Positions 17,759 through 26,034 of a stretch of DNA of 42,383 bases are shown here, piece after piece; the first letter of the stretch is position 1, and every line of letters begins with the position of its first letter. Location of the stretch: assembly GCA_937976305.1 (NCBI GenBank), contig CALJSB010000030.1, forward strand, positions 1 to 42,383. The letters are read 5' to 3'. This DNA is from an uncultured Acidimicrobiales bacterium. GTDB taxonomy: Bacteria; Actinomycetota; Acidimicrobiia; Acidimicrobiales; SZUA-35. Below the pieces are notes generated by a model. It was not told the origin of the DNA. It did not search any database and worked only from the letters and a program-made list of their open reading frames with translations. Both the position numbers and the translations under genes were made by a program.

Positions 17759-19294
17759 CTAGGACCCCACACCCAAAAGTGAATCGCACGCCGGATCGCG
17801 TTCAGCGAAGACGAGCTCGTCAGCGATGAGGACGCCTCCCGAGTCGTCCTTATAGAGACGAGTCACGGCGAAGGCTGCTTCGGCGGGCGCTGATGGAATC
17901 TCGAGAACCGCTCTTCCTGGAGCAGCAGGCAAGAGGTCCACCACAATCGGTTCTTGATTGATCGGTTCGAACGCACTGGTCAACCAGACAACAGACATCT
18001 CCGCCACGAACGGACGCTCGGTGAACTCGACGCTGGCGACAAACACGTAGTCGGCATTGGGTCGAACGTCGACAACTGATCCAAACGCTCCGAACTCGCC
18101 GTCGCGGCCGATCGCAACGGCGTTGCTTCCATCGATCCCGGCCCCCGGCTCCAATGTTGCTCGTTCGACGTCCGTTGGGTCATTCCAGAAGTTGTTTGGC
18201 AACGAGTTTCCTTCGAACCCGGGTGTCGTTAACAAGTTGCACTCGAGTTCACCAGCGAGGCCGGCGGGCCACGTCGTTGTGGGTGAGCTTCGTTCAGTCA
18301 CGGTGGGATCGGGTACGCCGGTAGTGGTGGGAGATGCTGCGGCACTTTCAGGTTCGTCGCCGCCGGCTTCTCCGCCACTGACGAGTCGAGCGCCGATGAA
18401 GATCGCCGCTGTGAGTGCTCCTGCGGCGACGAGCGCAGTGAACACGCGCTTGCCCCCGCTCGCCGAGACCGGAACCGGCTGAGTCGAAAGGGCAGCGTCG
18501 GCCAAGCCTTGTATCGAACTGAACCGATCCTCTGGCTTCTTCGAAAGTGAGCGAGCGATGGCCGAGGCCATTGGCGCTGGGACGTCTTCGACCTTCTCGC
18601 TGATCGGGATGGGTTCGGACGAGAGATGATGGTGGAAGGCTTGCCCGACTGAGGTCGACTCGTCGAACGGCCACACGCCGGCGAGAAGTTCGTAGGCGAG
18701 AATTGCGGTGGCGTACTGATCGCTCGATGGCGTCGGCGCAGCGCCTTCGAGAAGCTCGGGGGCCAAATAGCGGGTCGTTCCCATCAGCTCTGTCGTTGCC
18801 GTGATCGTGTGCAGGTCGTCGGCTCGGGCGATGCCGAAGTCGATGAGCGTGGGGCGATTGTCGCTGTCGATCAAGACGTTGGCCAGGCTCAGATCGCGGT
18901 GCACGATGCCCTGTCGATGAACATGCTCAAGGGCGTCGCACAGGGAGATGAGCACGCGTCGGACGGCGGCAACATCGAGCGGGCCCGCTCGTTCGAGCCG
19001 TTCGGCCAGCGTTTCTCCCTCGATCCATTCGGTGACGAGGTACGGGTTTCCACTGCCCAGATGGCCGTAGTCGATGAGGCTGGCAATGGACTGGTGATTG
19101 ATTGAAGCGAGAATGCTTGCCTCACGCTCGAAGCGGGCGGGTTCGATCTCCGCGTTGAAAACCTTGATCGCCACTGGTTTGCCGTCTGCAATGGCGCGGC
19201 CCGGGTAGACGGTCGCAGTGCCACCGCGCCGAGGTGACCCGTCGGGAACGAATCCGACGGCTCGGATCGCAGCGGCGATATCGGCAGCGTCCAT
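17759..19294 (-). CDS. transmembrane Ser/Thr protein kinase with C-terminal extracellular domain
   Basis: Hanks kinase motifs (VAIKV, HRDLSLANVL, DFGIA, APE), a single TM (VFTALVAAGALTAAIFIGA), and a C-terminal domain of about 180 aa. Confidence 0.9.
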   Translation of the reverse strand: MDAADIAAAIRAVGFVPDGSPRRGGTATVYPGRAIADGKPVAIKVFNAEIEPARFEREASILASINHQSIASLIDYGHLGSGNPYLVTEWIEGETLAERLERAGPLDVAAVRRVLISLCDALEHVHRQGIVHRDLSLANVLIDSDNRPTLIDFGIARADDLHTITATTELMGTTRYLAPELLEGAAPTPSSDQYATAILAYELLAGVWPFDESTSVGQAFHHHLSSEPIPISEKVEDVPAPMASAIARSLSKKPEDRFSSIQGLADAALSTQPVPVSASGGKRVFTALVAAGALTAAIFIGARLVSGGEAGGDEPESAAASPTTTGVPDPTVTERSSPTTTWPAGLAGELECNLLTTPGFEGNSLPNNFWNDPTDVERATLEPGAGIDGSNAVAIGRDGEFGAFGSVVDVRPNADYVFVASVEFTERPFVAEMSVVWLTSAFEPINQEPIVVDLLPAAPGRAVLEIPSAPAEAAFAVTRLYKDDSGGVLIADELVFAERDPACDSLLGVGS

Positions 19295-19406
19295 GCCCTC
19301 CTATCGGCAGTCAGATGCTGGTCCCTAGGTTACGGGACCCTGATCGACCACCAGCCGACCGGTTTGCGTCCGGTTCGTCGAGCTTCGGCTTTCTACGTTC
19401 AACGGC

Positions 19407-20990
19407 ATGGATCATTGTCAGCCAACATCATCACAACGCTCCCGACCTCGACGCAGCATCTCGTTTCGCACGTTGGCCCCCGTGCTCGCAGGAGCGGCGC
19501 TGGGCGCAGCCGTCATCGCTCCGAGTGCCCTCGCCGCCCAAGAGGCTGAGCCGACCTGGGCGTTCGAAGAAACCTTCGACGGGGATCCGTCTTCGCCTTC
19601 CCAATCCGCATTGCCTCGAAGTCTGGACTACGTCGTCACGCATCGAACGCATCCGAAGGAGCACTTCACGACCAATCTCACGTTCATGGCCGATCATGGC
19701 GACGATTGTGCTGGACCGAACCCAGACGTCAGCCCGCTGCCATCTCACTTGGTGACCACCGATCAGCTCGGCAACGGCGCTGCTCCTGACGAGAGCTTCT
19801 TCATCTGCAAGAACCACATGATGTCGTCGATGGGTGACGTGGGCGCCTACTCCGTTGGAGCGTTTTGGCCCCGTCAGCAGTTCAACTTCGCAGACGGGGG
19901 CGTCCTCGAGTTCGACGTCAACATGAACCTCGGTCATGGCAACCGCAGTTGGTGGGAGATCATGATCGTGCCGGCCGACCAACTGCGGGTTGCGTCTGGT
20001 CCTGTCGACTCCGCCATCGATGAGACCTATCCCGAGGACCGGATCGTTCTTGACTTCCGCCGACAGGTTCGGCGCATCAAAGTAGGCACGGGTGACATCG
20101 CACCCAACGGGTGGATCGCCAACGAGCGGCAGTTCGGACAGTACGACTGGGCTTGGTGGAGCGATCTCTACCCAGACGACCCTGCCTTGCAGGATCGTCG
20201 CGTGCGCCGAACGATGCGGATCGAGATTCTCGATGAGGAGATCGTCTGGAGCATCGAAACCGAGGACGGGTCCTTTGACGAGTTCGCCGTTGACGTGCCC
20301 GGGGGCATGCCCTTCGAACAGGGGCTCGTGGTGTTCAAGACGCATGCCTACACCCCAGAAAAGGATGGCAACCTCGACACCTACACCTTCCACTGGGACA
20401 ACCTTCGATTCGACGGACCGGTGATCGAGCCGTACAGGGTCTCCTACGCGAACGATGTGGTCTACCTGCAGCGCAACGGTGACCGTCCGATTGGCGACAC
20501 CGAAACCGTGACCGTTGATCTAACGGCTGATGAGATTGCGAACGATCCCGTGCTGTTCGGGCAGGTGCATCAACACAAACATGGCCAGGTTCTCTTGAGC
20601 ATCAATGGTGGGCCCGATCTTGCTGTTGACCCCTACGAGTTCGATCCGAACGGGTGTTCCAACGGTGAGTGGAACGACTGGCGAAGCTTCCGTCTCGACC
20701 TCGACCCGTCGATGCTGCAGCCGGGGAAAAACACGCTGACCTGGACCGTCGGCCCCCGACCGAATTGTCCGACAGGGAGCAGCTTGTGGGATGGCTTCTC
20801 GATCAAAGCTCTGCAAGTGCAGAGCTTCGGCTCGGGTGCAGCAGCCCCCTCAACCCCGCCGGCGTCGCTTCCAACAACGAACCCACCAACGACCGCCGCA
20901 ACCACCATCGCAGTACCCACCACCGCAGTTCCAACGACAACTGAGCCGCCTACAACCGCTCAACCCCACGATTGCCCCGATCATGACTGA
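19407..20990 (+). CDS. secreted hypothetical protein with Pro/Thr-rich C-terminal tail
   Basis: N-terminal RR-containing signal-like sequence followed by a hydrophobic stretch. C-terminal tail TPPASLPTTNPPTTAATTIAVPTTAVPTTTEPPTTA. High GC3. Confidence 0.65.
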   Translation: MDHCQPTSSQRSRPRRSISFRTLAPVLAGAALGAAVIAPSALAAQEAEPTWAFEETFDGDPSSPSQSALPRSLDYVVTHRTHPKEHFTTNLTFMADHGDDCAGPNPDVSPLPSHLVTTDQLGNGAAPDESFFICKNHMMSSMGDVGAYSVGAFWPRQQFNFADGGVLEFDVNMNLGHGNRSWWEIMIVPADQLRVASGPVDSAIDETYPEDRIVLDFRRQVRRIKVGTGDIAPNGWIANERQFGQYDWAWWSDLYPDDPALQDRRVRRTMRIEILDEEIVWSIETEDGSFDEFAVDVPGGMPFEQGLVVFKTHAYTPEKDGNLDTYTFHWDNLRFDGPVIEPYRVSYANDVVYLQRNGDRPIGDTETVTVDLTADEIANDPVLFGQVHQHKHGQVLLSINGGPDLAVDPYEFDPNGCSNGEWNDWRSFRLDLDPSMLQPGKNTLTWTVGPRPNCPTGSSLWDGFSIKALQVQSFGSGAAAPSTPPASLPTTNPPTTAATTIAVPTTAVPTTTEPPTTAQPHDCPDHD

Positions 20991-20997
20991 GGCTCAG

Positions 20998-21489
20998 CTA
21001 GTTCTCGATGAGGAACTGGGCGCCGGGGCCGCCCTCGGCTGCCTTGTCGTCTGGGTTGAAGACAAGACAGCTGTCGAGTGACTGACAGCCGCAACCGATA
21101 CACAGCGCCAACTTGTCGCGAAGTCCGACGAGGGTGGCGATCTGGGTGTCGAGCCGAGGTCGCCATTGCTCGGCGATGCGTTCCCACTCCGCCTTTGTAG
21201 GTGCTCGGTCGTCAGGCAGGTCGCTGAGCGAGTCGCTGATCTCGCTCAGCTTCAGGCCCACACTCTGCGCCGCCCGGATGAAGGCCACTCGACGAAGAAC
21301 ATCGCGTGCGTAGCGTCGCTGTCCGCCTGGTGTGCGGGTGGAGGTGATCAGGCCATTCGTCTCGTAGAAGCGCAGGGTTGAGGTGGCGACACCGCTTCGG
21401 GCTGCTGCCTCACCGATGGTGATCTCGTCGGCCTCGGCTCGAATGGGATCGGCCGGCGTTGATGTCACCGAAGGATCCGAGCCAGCCAT
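20998..21489 (-). CDS. soxR: redox-sensitive transcriptional activator SoxR (MerR family, [2Fe-2S])
   Basis: MerR HTH (ITIGEAAARSGVATSTLRFYE) and the C-terminal CIGCGCQSLDSC cluster-binding motif. ATG at 21489 preferred over the listed 21501. Confidence 0.9.
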   Translation of the reverse strand: MAGSDPSVTSTPADPIRAEADEITIGEAAARSGVATSTLRFYETNGLITSTRTPGGQRRYARDVLRRVAFIRAAQSVGLKLSEISDSLSDLPDDRAPTKAEWERIAEQWRPRLDTQIATLVGLRDKLALCIGCGCQSLDSCLVFNPDDKAAEGGPGAQFLIEN

Positions 21490-21492
21490 GAA

Positions 21493-21510
21493 CTTCAACA
21501 ATAGTTGAAG
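21493..21510. promoter_or_regulatory. SoxR-box-like palindrome cttcaac-aata-gttgaag immediately upstream of soxR
   Basis: 7-bp perfect inverted arms with a 4-bp spacer, resembling the SoxR operator (CCTCAAGTTAACTTGAGG). A TTGACC hexamer lies about 20 bp further upstream on the soxR strand. Confidence 0.35.
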
Positions 21511-21528
21511 ATCGAGTGGGCGTCTCGG

Positions 21529-22269
21529 TCAACCTCGGGGAACAACCCAGAGCGAATCGGATCGGGCCAGCAACGTTCCTTCGGCGTCAAACACGGCGCT
21601 GCCGGCACCTCGCTTGCGGCCGTCCCACGCTGGCTCCCATCGTCCGTGCCAACTCACGATCACGTGATCTTGGTCGGCGATCACCGGCTGGAGAACTTCG
21701 ACCTCGTACTGAACGGTCAACGCGCCTCGAGCATCGGGCCCGTCATCGTTGAGTGGATGGCCAGAGACGTAGAAGCCGGCGGCGCAGTCAAGAGACGCCC
21801 ACAGCGTGGTTGGCGCGACATGCCCGTGTTGGTCACCAGTCCAGGCTGGCGGACGCCAATCAGTGGCCAGCCGACCAGTGCCATCAGCCAACGCTGACGG
21901 GTGCACATTCATCGATTGAGGTCCGATCCCACACGAAAAGCAGTTGGGAGCCTGATGATCATCTGGGCTCGTGTTGAACCGTTCTCTCGCCGCCCGGGCT
22001 TCGGCGACGTCGACGGCCGCAGTTTCTCCAAAGCTCCGAAGAGGCGTGACGCCTTCCATGATGATCGCGTCGCCGTGCATGAGGTGCCAGGAGTCCTCGG
22101 AGGGCACAACGTCGAGCGGTACGTCGAGCGGAATCGGGGCCCGAAGATTGAGTCTGAGGGGCAGACCCACAGCCTCGACGAATCGAGCAGATGTCCAGCC
22201 GCCTTGGCCGAGGCCAGTGACGCCCTGGCTTGTTTCTGGCACGGTGATTGTTGCTTCGACGGGGCTCAT
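21529..22269 (-). CDS. hypothetical protein (possibly thioesterase/hotdog-like)
   Basis: 246-aa ORF with high GC3 and no recognisable motif. Located directly upstream of soxR. Confidence 0.5.
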   Translation of the reverse strand: MSPVEATITVPETSQGVTGLGQGGWTSARFVEAVGLPLRLNLRAPIPLDVPLDVVPSEDSWHLMHGDAIIMEGVTPLRSFGETAAVDVAEARAARERFNTSPDDHQAPNCFSCGIGPQSMNVHPSALADGTGRLATDWRPPAWTGDQHGHVAPTTLWASLDCAAGFYVSGHPLNDDGPDARGALTVQYEVEVLQPVIADQDHVIVSWHGRWEPAWDGRKRGAGSAVFDAEGTLLARSDSLWVVPRG

Positions 22270-22380
22270 GGCTGTTCGCCAGGTTGGTGAGTTGCAAATG
22301 CGGGGTCAAATCCTGATCGTCGGCACGAGAGGCGAACGTCGACTCGATCGTGGGATCCCTTCGTCGGTTAGCCTGGACTC

Positions 22381-23151
22381 ATGGTCGCTGATCATCCTCG
22401 CCGACGGGCCACCGATCATGAAGGCCACGACCACGCAAGCGCTCACGGCCACTCTCACATGGTGCACCACCACCGTGACGTGCACGGAGGCGCTGCTCGT
22501 GCCGCGGTCTTTGGCATCAGTGATGGCCTCGTCTCCAACGTCGCGCTGATTCTCGGCGTCGCTGCCGCAGCCTCGACGTCCGACTCGGTCCTCGTCGCTG
22601 GAGTCGCCGGGCTGCTGGCTGGCGCCACGTCGATGGCCGCAGGCGAATATGTCTCGATGCGAGCCCAAACCGAACTGGTCGAACGCGAGCTCGAGATCGA
22701 GCGTCGCTCGCTCATCGAGAAGCCCGAGGCCGAGACCCGCGAACTTGCTGCGATCTACCGGCAACGGGGACTCGACACCGAGCAGGCCGATGCCGTTGCG
22801 TCCGCCGTCATGGCCGATCCCGAGGTGGCGCTCGAGGTGCACGCTCGAGAGGAACTCGGCGTCGACCCGCATGACGTCGGCGATCCGATTCAGGCTGCGA
22901 TTGCGTCCTTCGTCGCCTTTGCCGTCGGTGCAATGCTCCCCTTGATTCCCTGGCTCATCTCAGAAGGCAACGGGGCAGTTGTCGCCTCGGCCGTGATCGG
23001 CCTCGCAGCATCGGCGCTGGTCGGAGTCGCGTTGGCTGTCTTCACCGAACGATCCAAGCTGCGCACCGCAGCTCGTCAGGTGGGATGGGCCAGCGGCGCA
23101 TGCGCTCTGACGTGGGTCATTGGTTCGGCTCTCGGCACCGCCATCGCCTGA
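22381..23151 (+). CDS. VIT1/CCC1-family iron/manganese transporter with His-rich N-terminal tail
   Basis: VIT-family TM core (GISDGLVSN, AGEYVSMRAQ). N-terminus HEGHDHASAHGHSHMVHHHRDVHGG. Confidence 0.8.
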   Translation: MVADHPRRRATDHEGHDHASAHGHSHMVHHHRDVHGGAARAAVFGISDGLVSNVALILGVAAAASTSDSVLVAGVAGLLAGATSMAAGEYVSMRAQTELVERELEIERRSLIEKPEAETRELAAIYRQRGLDTEQADAVASAVMADPEVALEVHAREELGVDPHDVGDPIQAAIASFVAFAVGAMLPLIPWLISEGNGAVVASAVIGLAASALVGVALAVFTERSKLRTAARQVGWASGACALTWVIGSALGTAIA

Positions 23152-23182
23152 CGCCGAAGCCTCACCGCTGCATACTTGTCGG

Positions 23183-23650
23183 ATGCGAATCCGCCCGAAA
23201 CTCTCCGGCGCCCCACTGGCGTACACCTTGGCCCAGGTCGAGGGAACCGACGTCTACAGCGATTTTGGCAAGGCGCTCTGGCGCGACGAGGGCGCTGTCC
23301 CGGCCGCCGTGAAGGAACTCGTCTTTCTCCGCACCTCCATCGTCAACCAGTGCCCCACGTGAATTGATGGCCATGTTGTCTCGGCGAGACAACGAGGAAT
23401 CACCGACGACCAGCTCGGTGCGTTGGAAGAGAGAGATCAGTGGACTTCGGTCTTTGATGATCGAACTCACGTCGCCCTCGAGTTGGCTGACGCGATGTGC
23501 GGACCCACGAGTGAGCTGTCGGCCGAGCTCATCGCTGAGCTGCGGTATCACTACGAAGAGGCCGAGATCGCTGAGCTCGTCTTGGTGTGCGGACAGGCGA
23601 ACTTGAACAACCGGGTCGGCAACGCAGCGAAGCAGCTACTCGGCGAGTAG
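23183..23650 (+). CDS. Candidate selenoprotein: AhpD-like / carboxymuconolactone decarboxylase family protein with in-frame TGA (Sec) at 23360-23362 forming CxxU-xxx-H
   Basis: Track ORFs 23120..23362 and 23423..23650 share a frame. Read-through gives LVFLRTSIVNQCPT-U-IDGHVVSARQRGITDDQLGAL..., which aligns with the CMD/AhpD core LxxLRxSxxNGCxYCxxxHxxxARxxGE. The TGA sits at the second catalytic Cys. The C-terminal part also matches (ALELADAM ... EAEIAELVLVCGQANLNNRVGNA). Confidence 0.7.
23375..23393 (+). other. SECIS-like hairpin gttgtctc-ggc-gagacaac, 12 nt downstream of the in-frame UGA
   Basis: Perfect 8-bp stem, or 6 bp with a 7-nt loop UCGGCGA. Spacing matches the bacterial SelB-binding geometry. 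Confidence 0.5.
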
Positions 23651-23677
23651 CTCGGTGTTGCAGGCCGCCGGTATTCC

Positions 23678-24889
23678 CTAGTTCCGGGGTAGTTCCTTGA
23701 ACGGCGTCTCTTTTGCTGGGCCAGGTTCACGGGGAAGACCGAGCGCTCGTTCGCCGAGTGTGTTGCGCTGAATCTCATCCGTGCCGCCGCCGAGACTCAT
23801 GCCTCGGCAGTTGAGGATGTGATAGGCGAAGTAGTCCTCGTCGATTGCTCGCGGTGAGCCGTCGTCAGACCACGCCGGCGATGCCGGGAAGGCGAGTCGG
23901 GCCGCAGTGTCGGCGGCTGCCCGGCCCTGAATGGTCCGCCACAGCTTCCCGATCGACGGATGGACCCCTGTTTTCTTCAGGTAGCCCATGATCGTTTCGC
24001 CGGTGTAGAGCCGGGCCAGCTCTTGCCGGGTCACGGGGTCGTCGAGCTGGTTGCGATCGCGCGCCAATTCGATGAGTTGATCGACCGGTATCGGGACTCG
24101 GCCGGCCTTGGATCGCTGCCCGCTCGAGCCCCCAACGGAAGCGACACCGGTTTGGACTCGCTCGTGCGCGAGCAGCGCGACGGCAGTGCGCCAACCGCCG
24201 TTGACGTCGCCAACAACCCATGTCTTTGGGATGCGGGCCTCGTCGATGAACACTTCGTTGAATTCGGCCTCGCCCGTCATCTGGACAAGGGGACGAACCG
24301 TGACGCCGTCTTGCTCGACAGGGAGCACAAACATCGTGACACCACGATGTTTCGGTGCATCGAAGTCGGTTCGGGCCAACAAGATGGCGTACTGACTGTG
24401 CTGGGCTCCCGAGGTCCATACCTTCTGGCCCGTCACCACCCACTCGTCACCGTCGAGGTCGGCACGGGTGGCAAGCCCAGCAAGGTCCGAGCCGGCGCCA
24501 GGCTCGGAATACATCTGGCACCAGATGTCGTCGCCTCGCAGGCCGGGGCGCAAAAAGCGATCCTTGAGTTCGTCAGAGCCGAAGTCTCGGATCGTCGGCA
24601 TCGCCATACCCACGCCGATCCCGAAGACACTGTCTTCCCTCGGGACGAGTCCACGGCTCTCTTCGTTGTAGGCGGCTGCATATTCGGGACCGAGGCCTTG
24701 GCCGCCGTAGTCGGTCGGATAGTCGAGCCCAGTGAGTCCGGCGTCGTAGAGGGCAGCCCGCCACACCTTCGCCCGGTTGAGTTGGCCCACAACACCATCG
24801 AGCACAGTTGGTAGTTCGTTGTCGAAGAACGACCGAACGGCGAGGCGGAATTCGTCGACAGAGGGCGCGTTTTCGGTCACGGCGCACAT
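23678..24889 (-). CDS. acyl-CoA dehydrogenase family protein
   Basis: Three-domain ACAD architecture with a conserved middle beta-domain (WCQMYSEPGAGSDLAGL) and C-terminal catalytic region. Confidence 0.88.
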   Translation of the reverse strand: MCAVTENAPSVDEFRLAVRSFFDNELPTVLDGVVGQLNRAKVWRAALYDAGLTGLDYPTDYGGQGLGPEYAAAYNEESRGLVPREDSVFGIGVGMAMPTIRDFGSDELKDRFLRPGLRGDDIWCQMYSEPGAGSDLAGLATRADLDGDEWVVTGQKVWTSGAQHSQYAILLARTDFDAPKHRGVTMFVLPVEQDGVTVRPLVQMTGEAEFNEVFIDEARIPKTWVVGDVNGGWRTAVALLAHERVQTGVASVGGSSGQRSKAGRVPIPVDQLIELARDRNQLDDPVTRQELARLYTGETIMGYLKKTGVHPSIGKLWRTIQGRAAADTAARLAFPASPAWSDDGSPRAIDEDYFAYHILNCRGMSLGGGTDEIQRNTLGERALGLPREPGPAKETPFKELPRN

Positions 24890-25032
24890 TATCCCGGCGG
24901 GTTCAGCGAGCGAAAAGTCGCTCGGTCAAGGTGAGCCTGGTGGTGATGCAAAACATGCCCCATGGTCTCCTAGCGCGCCTCGTTGTACTCTTGCGCTTGC
25001 GCTCGACGGAGCGGAGGGAAAAGGTGAGGTTC

Positions 25033-25884
25033 ATGATTCGTCCACTGAAGCTGATCGCTGCGGCACTCTTGGCTGCGCTGATGGCGGCAACCTCGTTGGT
25101 CGCACCAACGCCGGCTTCTGCCGAGGGGCAGACACTGCCGCTTTCTGAATGCCCGTGGTTGACCGACCCGGTCGTCCGTCTCTACAGCGCCTATTTCCTA
25201 CGGGCTCCCGATCCGGGGGGTTTTGAGTTCTGGGTGGGGCGCGTCGACGAAGGTCAAAGTCTCGACGACATCTCGGACTTCTTCTCACAGGGCGAGGAGT
25301 TCGAGACCTTGTACGGCGACAAGACCAACGCCGAGTTTGTGGAGCTGATCTACCAGAACGTGCTCGAGCGTGCACCCGACCAAGGCGGCTTCGACTTCTG
25401 GTCAGGCCAACTCGATCAGGGTTTGATGACCCGTGGCCGCGTGATGCGGAACTTCTCCGAGAGTCCCGAGTTCGTCACCAAGACCGACACCAACCTGCCG
25501 CCCGCTGGCTTCTTCTCGACCTTCCCGTCCGGCACCGAATTCACCTGCGGCCGAGGTGGTGTCGTTGTCCCGTACGTTCAGTCACCGTCTTCGTGGTTTG
25601 TCTTGTTTGCGCCCCCCGGTGACGGCAGCGTGTGGCGGACCTTTGTCCACCCGATCGCGTCAAACGGTGAGTTCCTCGGTGATCCATCTCCGAGCCTCCA
25701 GGAAAACGACATCGATGCCTTCCGTTTGCACATCGGGTTCATGCCGGTGCGTGGCAACTTCTTGCAGGTCGGGCTGGCCGAAGACGATCTGCAGCTCTGG
25801 TCTGTCGTCGAGGTCGAGGGCAAGTTCGCATGCGATGCCCTCACCGACACCTGGGCCAACAACCCCTGCGGCATCAACCCGTAG
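25033..25884 (+). CDS. secreted protein with DUF4214 repeats (paralog of 5806..6702)
   Basis: AAGGTGAGG RBS, then ATG at 25033. Signal peptide MIRPLKLIAAALLAALMAATSLVAPTPASAEG. Repeats RLYSAYFLRAPDPGGFEFWV and LIYQNVLERAPDQGGFDFWS. Confidence 0.8.
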   Translation: MIRPLKLIAAALLAALMAATSLVAPTPASAEGQTLPLSECPWLTDPVVRLYSAYFLRAPDPGGFEFWVGRVDEGQSLDDISDFFSQGEEFETLYGDKTNAEFVELIYQNVLERAPDQGGFDFWSGQLDQGLMTRGRVMRNFSESPEFVTKTDTNLPPAGFFSTFPSGTEFTCGRGGVVVPYVQSPSSWFVLFAPPGDGSVWRTFVHPIASNGEFLGDPSPSLQENDIDAFRLHIGFMPVRGNFLQVGLAEDDLQLWSVVEVEGKFACDALTDTWANNPCGINP

Positions 25885-25892
25885 GAACAACC

Positions 25893-26034
25893 CCGCCGCT
25901 CACAACACGCCTTGTTGACGTTTGAGACCTGACCCCGCCGCTCACTTCGTTCGCTAACCGAGTTGTTCGCTGGCGCTCACAACTCGAGCCACGTGACGAA
26001 AAGTACCTGACCCCTATGAGGGCCAGTAGGGGTC
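25893..26034. repeat. Second locus of the ccgccgctcacaac / gtgacgNNNNNgacctgacccc repeat family (two copies) ending in hairpin gacccctatgagggccagtaggggtc
   Basis: ccgccgctcacaac at 25893-25906 (partial copy at 25935-25945). ttgacgtttgagacctgacccc at 25915-25936 and gtgacgaaaagtacctgacccc at 25993-26014. 8-bp perfect stem at 26009-26034 overlapping the stop of the acyl-CoA synthetase gene. Confidence 0.7.

Noticed and set aside
20988-21000. Convergent stops of the secreted-protein gene and soxR only 7 bp apart, examined for a terminator
   Set aside because: No convincing hairpin between them. Any terminator must lie inside coding sequence. Noted but not callable.
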